A stretch of 64,000 bases of DNA from a virus (Duplodnaviria > Caudoviricetes): the IMG/VR virus record IMGVR_UViG_3300031867_000006, positions 64,001-128,000 of that record; one strand, written 5' to 3'. The position numbers and the translations under genes are program-made. Every line of letters starts with the position of its first letter. The stretch's first letter is position 1. Below, piece by piece: positions 1 through 7,575 of this stretch. Below the pieces are notes generated by a model. It ran no database searches. It was not told where the DNA came from and worked only from the letters and a program-made list of their open reading frames with translations.

Positions 1-187
1 ATAATGATATGCCTTTAAGCATCTTCTCCTGACCATCTGCATATGTATATTTACGTAAATCCAGCTTTTCAGGTCTATCATTCCATGAAATCTTCCTTAA
101 GCAGATATTACCCATTGATGATTCCTCGATGATGAAATCGAAATCTGGATTGACTTCATATTTAAATTCGCTTGATCCCCTTGCCAT
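1..187 (-). CDS. PC4/YdbC-like ssDNA-binding protein (runs off window start)
   Basis: Manual translation MARGSSEFKYEVNPDFDFIIEESSMGNICLRKISWNDRPEKLDLRKY...KMLKGISL matches the YdbC/PC4 pattern (ISWN...DLR.W/Y...KGI.L); GGAGG upstream. Confidence 0.7.
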   Translation of the reverse strand, partial: MARGSSEFKYEVNPDFDFIIEESSMGNICLRKISWNDRPEKLDLRKYTYADGQEKMLKGISL

Positions 188-188
188 A

Positions 189-347
189 TTATTTAACCTC
201 CTCGTCTCTTAACAGTGTCTGTAAGTTTACGTCAATATAAGAATCCTCTACATTACGTAATGAATTATATATACCTTTAAGTATCCACAGATTGAATGCA
301 TTCAATCCTAAACTTAATATGCTAATCACTACAAAAATCACGTCCAT
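189..347 (-). CDS. small membrane protein
   Basis: Hydrophobic N-terminus MDVIFVVISILSLGL; GGAGG before ATG at 347. Confidence 0.6.
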   Translation of the reverse strand: MDVIFVVISILSLGLNAFNLWILKGIYNSLRNVEDSYIDVNLQTLLRDEEVK

Positions 348-434
348 CTTTCTGCCTCCAATCAAAAAATAAAATTCCGGGATGAGCCGTATGACCCATC
401 CCAGAATAAAGTACAACAAAACAATACGCTGATT

Positions 435-1322
435 TTAGAAGAACTGCAGACCCATAGGTCTTACATACATTGTCGGGTTCTCCATAGCATCGATACGAGC
501 GACCTCATCGGGATCAAACTGCTCAACATTCATGGAGAAAATACCATTAGCTGCGAGCGGCTTGATATAACGAACGTCATAATACGCCTTAGCCGTATAA
601 GATACAGTCTCACCCTTAGCATTCCTACCGGTCTCAACAACCATTGTAGGTCCATACAGTGCACGCAGGATTGCCTTAAGATTCAGATTCTTAACTTTGA
701 TAAGAACTTCCTGAGCGTTATTCCTGTACATTGCCTGTCCGGGATAAGATGCTCCCACATTGAGTACGATCGAATCGATGTTCTGCTCCCAACTCTTTGA
801 GTTCTTCTTATTAGCATTCCGACCACCATACATGAAGTCGGACAGAAGAATTCTTGTTTCATTGTTGAGAGTGAAGGACTTGCCTTCTGATCTGCTGTAA
901 ACACGCTTTACCGAATCAAAATATGAATCAGTTACAGCGCCGGGCTTGCTAAGATCAAGAATGCTTTCAATCTTTCCTTCCGGAAGCGGGTCCATATTCT
1001 TCTCAAAATAGAACTCTGTGAAGAAGTCCATTCTTCCATTCGGTGTGGGCTGATATGTGATCATAACACCTCTGAGCTCATGGAAGATACCCTGGAACTT
1101 AGCCTTGATAAGCTCGGACAGATCCTTGTTTGTTGTACGCATGAAGTTACCGAAAGACTTGAAATTCTCGAAAGTCAAACTAATGCTTGAATCTTCCGTG
1201 ATCGCCGGAGTCTTGGTCTCCTCATTCTGTACCTTCGCTTCTTCAGTATTCACCTGTACTCCAGATTCATTCTGAACAAACTTTGCCTCGTTGTTACCGT
1301 TGTTTTTGTTTTCGGATGCCAT
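435..1322 (-). CDS. hypothetical phage protein
   Basis: 295-aa ORF, AGGAGG RBS, early-type promoter motif at 1389-1400. Confidence 0.8.
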   Translation of the reverse strand: MASENKNNGNNEAKFVQNESGVQVNTEEAKVQNEETKTPAITEDSSISLTFENFKSFGNFMRTTNKDLSELIKAKFQGIFHELRGVMITYQPTPNGRMDFFTEFYFEKNMDPLPEGKIESILDLSKPGAVTDSYFDSVKRVYSRSEGKSFTLNNETRILLSDFMYGGRNANKKNSKSWEQNIDSIVLNVGASYPGQAMYRNNAQEVLIKVKNLNLKAILRALYGPTMVVETGRNAKGETVSYTAKAYYDVRYIKPLAANGIFSMNVEQFDPDEVARIDAMENPTMYVRPMGLQFF

Positions 1323-1428
1323 ATCGCATTACCTCCTTATAAAATTTTTATATATAATCAGGAAACAACAATCCTGCTTATACCTAACTATAATATATCA
1401 TTATATTTTTGTTTAGCCTTGTGTAATT

Positions 1429-2367
1429 TTATACATTGAAGGCTTTGGCAATATCATCATCTAAGATCTCGCTTAATACAGTATATGCTATAAGATAGAT
1501 CTCTCCGTTCTTATCAGAGAACATACCGTGAGTCCTGGTAATAATATTCGCTATATCAATGTCTTTATCATATTTTAATATGATATCAATTGTTACATGC
1601 TGCCTGAGGAACTCCTCGAATAGCTTATGCTGTTTCTTATTAAATACAATATCACCTTCAGAATTATGATTAACTCCAATGTCTATAACAAAGTCTAACT
1701 GAGTTATATTGAATATAGATCTATATGCTGTCATAAATCCATTATCATTTAATAAACTCTGAAAGTCTTTGCTGCAACCCTTAATCTGCGGAGTCTCTCT
1801 AAGACCTACACGAATCTCTTCTAATGCCTCTTCAACCTTATCGAGAGTCTCCTTATTGATGCATCCCATTATATCGCCAACAGTATCCTCAAGATATAAT
1901 GCTATGGAATATCCATAATCTATAGCCTTATAATCGAACATGTCCGATATCTTCATATCTGGAGTCGGCAGAGTATCTTTGGTAAGACAATCGCCTATGT
2001 AGACATCGCCACCCATGATAGAAAACATATTCTTAGCCGTAGACACACAATTCTGTTTAACCACCAGATCTGGATCATTAGATGTAAGCAAAGACTGCCC
2101 CTTATGAACACAAGCATAAACATCTTTAATGATCTTCTCTTCGAATGTGGTTGATGTGATCATTATATTCATAAAAGCATCTGCATTGAGAATGAGGAAA
2201 CCATCTTCATTAAGCCCATCCTCTGTAGACATCAATCGCTTTGGCTCAGTCTTTGGACCTTTAATTAGCTTCAGCAGCATTGATCCATCTTTATTACCAA
2301 AATATCGGTACATGATGATGTTCTTATCATCGTCATATTTATATACTTTAGTACCAACTGTAATCAT
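1429..2367 (-). CDS. hypothetical phage protein
   Basis: 312-aa ORF with GGAGG RBS. Confidence 0.8.
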   Translation of the reverse strand: MITVGTKVYKYDDDKNIIMYRYFGNKDGSMLLKLIKGPKTEPKRLMSTEDGLNEDGFLILNADAFMNIMITSTTFEEKIIKDVYACVHKGQSLLTSNDPDLVVKQNCVSTAKNMFSIMGGDVYIGDCLTKDTLPTPDMKISDMFDYKAIDYGYSIALYLEDTVGDIMGCINKETLDKVEEALEEIRVGLRETPQIKGCSKDFQSLLNDNGFMTAYRSIFNITQLDFVIDIGVNHNSEGDIVFNKKQHKLFEEFLRQHVTIDIILKYDKDIDIANIITRTHGMFSDKNGEIYLIAYTVLSEILDDDIAKAFNV

Positions 2368-2519
2368 GATAACTTACCCTCCTATAGAATTAGATTATTA
2401 TAAAGTACATATATTAATAATTTATAACATTTTATTAATAGTTACGGTTGTTTGTCATGTGTTTCTCCTTTCTTTTAAAAGCATCGCCCCTAGGGATAAT
2501 CCCTAGGGGTAAGCTATTT

Positions 2520-4133
2520 CTATAATATATACTTGATTATATCTTTAATCTGTCCAATTGTAGAACCTTTGACCTCTATAGTATGAGCATAGAAAGGCGA
2601 CTTCTCATAATATTCCGCAAAATTGAAGTTCCTATCCTTTCTAGATACTACTTTAATATACTTATTAAAGTCATTAAGTATTCTAGCTCTAGTCTTGATA
2701 TTCTTCTCCTTATTGGGAAGCATTTTATTATGATATAACTTTCTTTCAAGAACGTAATTCATATAGTATAATCTAGCCAGCTCATATTTCATACCTTCGA
2801 GATTATTGGTTCTATCATAATTCATCAGCAGCTTATGCGAGTTGAAATACTCAGCGTCAAAGTCAGGGAATGGGTTAGTTAATAACACATCTCCATCATC
2901 ATTAAACTCTATAGGTAGCTTTCTAGCTTCCTCTAAAGCACCTTCAATGATAGTGCATTCGTTAATCGGTAGTGCTTTTTTAGCAAACTTCTTAATATCT
3001 CTAGAAGCCTTCTTAAAATCAAAGTCTCCAACTATACCATCGAATACCTTATAAGCCTTAGGATTAGAACTAACCTTAAAAAATAATTGGTTAGGACTAA
3101 CTTTAGAAGATTTATTAGCTGTGAGATCAATATTAGCCATCTTAAGAACTGTATCTACAAATTGTGAGCATATCATCATGTCAGGCATATTGATGTTTAT
3201 ATTCTTAAATGGATAAGTAATTAGATTAATCACAGAATAAGTGCTCTTATTAATATTATAAGTAGCATTATTGATAAATCTCTCTATGGCCCTATAAGCA
3301 TCATTATCAACAAATACTGTGTATACAACCAGTCTACCATCCTTAGGGTAATTCTTGATATCCTCAATGGAGAACCCACCGAAAAGCTTATATTTATTAT
3401 CCATATTAAATGAATAAAGCTTGCTAATATCTGGATCTATAGATATAGCAGCATGAGAGAAATCACCTTTATCTACAGCTGTGATAATCTTAGCAATTGG
3501 ACTCATACCATTTACTACAACTATAGATATAGGATGCAATTCCTTATTACTCTTCTTGCGATTCCTATTAGCTTCTTCAACATATTCTGTTGTATCTGAA
3601 TCTACAGATATATTCATTATAGATTCATTAACCAACTTCTCAAATCTAGCCTTGGCCCTAATTCTATTCTCAGTATTGTATTCAACCTCAGGATTCCAAC
3701 CAAGTGCTGTAAGATCCTGCTTTATCTGGTTAATCTCTTCGGGGGAATTGGCATACTTAAGCTTAACTTCAAGCTCTTCTACTTTCTTATTCCAAGACTT
3801 TGGTTCTTCTGGAAGATCATAGAAATTCTCCTTAAGCTTGAACTCTTCATTACCCTCCGCCGGTTCTACACCAGTCTGCAATCTAACCTTATTAGATTCT
3901 ATCTTATTACGCCTAGTATATAAAGCAAAGTTGTCATTGATAGCCTTATAGAATTTATCAGCAGTCTCTTTAATATCATCAGATACAGATTCTGCATAAT
4001 AACCATCTAAAGCAAGAGACTCCTGTTGGGTGAAATATGGAGAATAATCGCCTATGACTTTGAAACTCATATCATTATTAATATTAGAGGTTCTATTAAC
4101 GAATGATTCTATAATCGAATTTACATTTTCCAT
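2520..4133 (-). CDS. probable virion protein with permuted papain-like (YiiX/NlpC-P60-type) domain
   Basis: FSHAAIS (His) precedes MICSQFV (Cys), the permuted order; several I/V-x-E putative head-protease sites. Confidence 0.6.
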   Translation of the reverse strand: MENVNSIIESFVNRTSNINNDMSFKVIGDYSPYFTQQESLALDGYYAESVSDDIKETADKFYKAINDNFALYTRRNKIESNKVRLQTGVEPAEGNEEFKLKENFYDLPEEPKSWNKKVEELEVKLKYANSPEEINQIKQDLTALGWNPEVEYNTENRIRAKARFEKLVNESIMNISVDSDTTEYVEEANRNRKKSNKELHPISIVVVNGMSPIAKIITAVDKGDFSHAAISIDPDISKLYSFNMDNKYKLFGGFSIEDIKNYPKDGRLVVYTVFVDNDAYRAIERFINNATYNINKSTYSVINLITYPFKNININMPDMMICSQFVDTVLKMANIDLTANKSSKVSPNQLFFKVSSNPKAYKVFDGIVGDFDFKKASRDIKKFAKKALPINECTIIEGALEEARKLPIEFNDDGDVLLTNPFPDFDAEYFNSHKLLMNYDRTNNLEGMKYELARLYYMNYVLERKLYHNKMLPNKEKNIKTRARILNDFNKYIKVVSRKDRNFNFAEYYEKSPFYAHTIEVKGSTIGQIKDIIKYIL

Positions 4134-4149
4134 TATTTTATAACCTCCT

Positions 4150-6006
4150 TTAGAATAATGACATAATTAAAGCTTCGTCTATATTTTCTCTACTCGGTAC
4201 ATACGCTGTACGCTTGTTAAGAATCTTAGACTCCACATAATATCCATCTATACAATACTTGGTTTCAAGCTGGAAATCCTTATACTGATTAAATAAGAAT
4301 CGTTCCTTGCCCTCAGGTGCTGGAAGAATCATATTAACTTCTTTGATACCTTTTATATCAGAATCATATTTAGCCTTGACTGTTGCAAGCTCACTAAGTA
4401 TTCCAAGTTTTAACCCAGTGAAATCGACTTTCTTGAAGTTCTCATCGAAATCTATCTGATCTTCTGTAAGCATAGGCTTTCCAGTAAGTGCTGTATAGAA
4501 GAATGTATTATCTACAGTCTTATTAGTCCTATAAGCTTCATAGACTTTCATAAATCTATGAATATCTCCAACAAACTCATACTCTGCTTCTAGATAATAA
4601 TCAGCAACTTCTTTATGAGAGAGTATTGTGAGATGACCCTCTTCATCAATTGCAATGTACTTATCTGATACTACATCTGGTGAGAATAAATACTGGGTTG
4701 GATCTATAGTCTTATTATACTTATTAGTATGAACCTTCATGATGAATGGTTTCTTTATACCAGCTATAGGATTCATTGCTGCTAGAGACATAGCCTCATG
4801 TTTATATAATTCCATATACTGCTCATCATCATACCTTACGGGATACTGTATTTTCCATTCATATGATAAGTCATCTGCTACAGAGATGATGCCCACACAA
4901 ATTGGCGTAAGGTGATCCGGAAGATCCTCTCTAGAACCATTGCAAATGAATACATAAGCGTCTTCTTTCTCACCATCCTGATCTGGCGTATAAGCTTCTA
5001 TAGCATCCTGAATAGATTCAGCCCATATATCCTCAGTAACATCTCCGGGATTACGCTGGTCTGATATATACCAATGCTGAATTTTATCTATATCAATAAG
5101 TTTCAATCCGCATGGTGTAGATATAATAATATTATTCATTCCTTCCATTACATCGGCATCTTCTTTGAGATATTTAGCAACCTGAGAGGTGTCTTTAATA
5201 GAAATATTATATCGCTTTGCCGCAGATCTAATCCTTCTAGCTAATAATGGTTTCTTATCTTCACTAGCATGACCAAACAACTTTATGGCAGAATTTATAT
5301 GCTTTTCAGAATCTAATGGGAACTTGCGATCTTCAGGAATACCGAACGCAGAATCTGGTAAATTAGATCTCTTTGTCGCAGCCTCATTAAACTTATGATC
5401 TGTCCAAACCTGATAATTCGCTTTAGTAAGCTTATCCTTATGGGATAAGAGATATTCCAAAGTAAATGGTTTATTACCATATACATTAATATTGTCTTGC
5501 CCATTGGTTGTGAAGTACATAGATAAATCATGGATATGACCATGAATATTCAGATCCACTCCAGGAATCTGCTCCACATTCTCAGGTCTATGCGAGAAAT
5601 ATACTCTAACTCCATCAAAGTCATGAATAAGATATTCATATATAAAATCGAATCCACAGTTTTCATAGAAATCAGAACCCTGCATACCATCATGATTGCC
5701 TATAATAAGCAGCTTCTTTCCAGGTATTGACTTCATGATCTCTTGAGCCTGAGCAGAATCTTCTTCATTAGCATATCTAAAGCAGATGTCGCCTAAGAAA
5801 AGAAAGACGTCATTGTCTTTAATATTCTTCTTACACCAAGAAACCATATTCTGTATATTTATCTTATTCTTACCCTTGCCGTATTTATGAGCATTTATAT
5901 GCCAATCGGAAGATAAGAAAATTCTATCTTTAGGCGTATTATCTAAAAGATAATGAATATCATTACTATCTATCTCTTCAGGAGTATTCAAATTAATACT
6001 ATCCAT
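4150..6006 (-). CDS. multidomain protein: calcineurin-like metallophosphoesterase plus probable virion domains
   Basis: SDWH, LGD, GNHD, HRP and HGHIH motifs; then an RSNLPDSAFGIPEDRKFPL module; late-type promoter at 6033-6044. Confidence 0.75.
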   Translation of the reverse strand: MDSINLNTPEEIDSNDIHYLLDNTPKDRIFLSSDWHINAHKYGKGKNKINIQNMVSWCKKNIKDNDVFLFLGDICFRYANEEDSAQAQEIMKSIPGKKLLIIGNHDGMQGSDFYENCGFDFIYEYLIHDFDGVRVYFSHRPENVEQIPGVDLNIHGHIHDLSMYFTTNGQDNINVYGNKPFTLEYLLSHKDKLTKANYQVWTDHKFNEAATKRSNLPDSAFGIPEDRKFPLDSEKHINSAIKLFGHASEDKKPLLARRIRSAAKRYNISIKDTSQVAKYLKEDADVMEGMNNIIISTPCGLKLIDIDKIQHWYISDQRNPGDVTEDIWAESIQDAIEAYTPDQDGEKEDAYVFICNGSREDLPDHLTPICVGIISVADDLSYEWKIQYPVRYDDEQYMELYKHEAMSLAAMNPIAGIKKPFIMKVHTNKYNKTIDPTQYLFSPDVVSDKYIAIDEEGHLTILSHKEVADYYLEAEYEFVGDIHRFMKVYEAYRTNKTVDNTFFYTALTGKPMLTEDQIDFDENFKKVDFTGLKLGILSELATVKAKYDSDIKGIKEVNMILPAPEGKERFLFNQYKDFQLETKYCIDGYYVESKILNKRTAYVPSRENIDEALIMSLF

Positions 6007-6064
6007 TTTAGTTTCCTCCTTAATTAATATTTTATTAAATTGTCCAAATTGGGCTTAATTACAA

Positions 6065-6100
6065 AAAATAATAGACCCTCATAAAAGAGCCTATTATTTT
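6065..6100 (-). terminator. intrinsic terminator closing the Cas7-like/array transcription unit
   Basis: AAAATAATAG...CTATTATTTT inverted repeat with internal CTC/GAG pairing, T-run on minus strand. Confidence 0.65.
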
Positions 6101-6644
6101 AGTACAGCGCCTCGCTATACTCCACCGAACTCATAGTTACTGAACAGCACCACACCCTGCTTTACCGTAACAGAGCATTACAGTAATTCGCATTACTTCA
6201 CCCCACCACCACGGCACTTTACTCTACAATACCGTACCTATACTATAACCTACTCCACAGCACTCCTCCTTTACAATACGCTACGGGACATTACTCTGCC
6301 CGGCCATACCTTCGCACTACTCTAATTGACTACACATTACTTTACCTAAACCCCACGAAACATCACAGCGGAAGACCACACGATACCATTACTTTACGTC
6401 ACATTGTGAAACTAAACTAGACTTAGTCAAAACGTCGCAACAGCATACCGCATAATACTGAACAATACCGAAACACAACTCCACAGCAATGTACGCCACT
6501 ACACTATACCATTGCTACACACTACTTTGCCTTACTTTGCCTTAACTACACCAGGCCGAACCGTACGAAACTATACCTATACTTCACGTAACTCTACGAT
6601 ACTGCACCATAACAGAACTTCACTCTATTATACAACACCATTAC
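6101..6644 (-). ncRNA. pentamer-periodic (GYNNN)n array punctuated by GYNNNG hexamers; putative guide-RNA array of the adjacent Cas7-like protein
   Basis: Parses without gaps into 92 pentamers (80 end in AC/GC on + strand) and 14 hexamers (CNNNRC on +) at 6166, 6207, 6238, 6269, 6310, 6346, 6387, 6428, 6469, 6510, 6541, 6577, 6608, 6639; no ORF of 60 aa or more. Confidence 0.8.
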
Positions 6645-6651
6645 AAAGTAA

Positions 6652-7290
6652 TCAGTCTTCGATGATCTCATAAGTGAATCTACCATATGAGCCATTGCGC
6701 CACTGGCCGAGTCCATTATACTTACCGAAATCAAGCCATTCGTATACTGCCTTCTCAAGCTTGTCATTCAATAGTCTGATAACAAACTCTGCTGTTGCTC
6801 CTTCGTGGATCATTTCGCTATTAGCGAGAGATATACGAGGACCCTGCGCTGTCTCGGCACGCAATGATCTCTGAAGATTATCCATCTCTCCATCATATGA
6901 GATAGGTATCTTGCGAAGCGCAGCATCAGCATTAAGATTACCATCTTTGTCAGGCCCATAGACGAATACCATACCATCTATATATTTCTTATGGGCTTTG
7001 ATGCTGGCTGACGCGTTCTTCTCACCAAGCAGCTTAAGAATGCCGCAGGCATGCTTGAAGAACCCGCGGATCTGGTAATCCCAAAGCAAGGGGTTTCCAT
7101 CTTCATCACGAAGGAATACTGTTTTGCCCTTACGCTCAACTTCCTCAGTACCTAACGCTTCGATCTCTTCTTGCTTATTAGGAGCATCGGGCGCATTACT
7201 AGCAATATACTGACTATAGATGTCAGGATCGCTAGGTGCTGAGCCAAGAACTGGTGTTGTAAAGGTTATTCTAATCTTGATATCTTTCAT
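6652..7290 (-). CDS. stand-alone Cas7/RAMP-like RNA-binding protein
   Basis: N-terminal strand IKIRITFTTPVLG, helix QIRGFFKHAC and C-terminal Gly-rich loop GLGQWRNGSYGRF typical of RAMP/Cas7 proteins; AGGAGG RBS; no other cas genes in window. Confidence 0.8.
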   Translation of the reverse strand: MKDIKIRITFTTPVLGSAPSDPDIYSQYIASNAPDAPNKQEEIEALGTEEVERKGKTVFLRDEDGNPLLWDYQIRGFFKHACGILKLLGEKNASASIKAHKKYIDGMVFVYGPDKDGNLNADAALRKIPISYDGEMDNLQRSLRAETAQGPRISLANSEMIHEGATAEFVIRLLNDKLEKAVYEWLDFGKYNGLGQWRNGSYGRFTYEIIED

Positions 7291-7334
7291 AATTTTATCC
7301 TCCTTATATTTAAGATATCTATATACTACAATAT

Positions 7335-7346
7335 TATAATATATAA
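7335..7346 (-). promoter_or_regulatory. early-type phage promoter motif (TTRYATAWTATA on sense strand) upstream of the Cas7-like gene
   Basis: Same motif at 1389, 13891, 14773, 18443, 22440, 26154, 32944, 36985, 47862, 49648, 57335, 58637, 60070, 63239, each upstream of a minus-strand gene. Confidence 0.7.
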
Positions 7347-7368
7347 CTCAAATATCTTAAATTCACAA

Positions 7369-7535
7369 GGCGATGAATTGTTGGTTAAGTAGCGCTACAT
7401 ACAGGACTGGATCTGCAGAATACTATGATAATCAATACAAATTACAAATGTTTTGTTTAATAAATCCTGGATCTAATAATTTGGCTGGTAGAGAAATGGC
7501 TAATAATTTCCATAATGATGGAATATATTACGGCG
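7369..7535 (+). other. solo variable cassette (GGCG-ATG...TAC-GGCG)
   Basis: Encodes MNCWLSSATYRTGSAEYY...GIYYG with the same boundaries as array cassettes at 28253-30077. Confidence 0.8.
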
Positions 7536-7575
7536 CGTAAAATTGCAGGTACCACTATTGGTACCCGCAATATGA

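Noticed and set aside
6101-6644. Canonical CRISPR array or simple microsatellite next to the Cas7-like gene
   Set aside because: No 23-50 bp direct repeat; only 2 of every 5 bases are conserved and units do not repeat, so neither CRISPR nor slippage-derived satellite fits
7290-7540. Functional link between the Cas7-like system and the adjacent solo cassette
   Set aside because: Opposite strands, cassette lies outside the promoter-terminator unit and similar cassettes occur elsewhere; adjacency alone is insufficient
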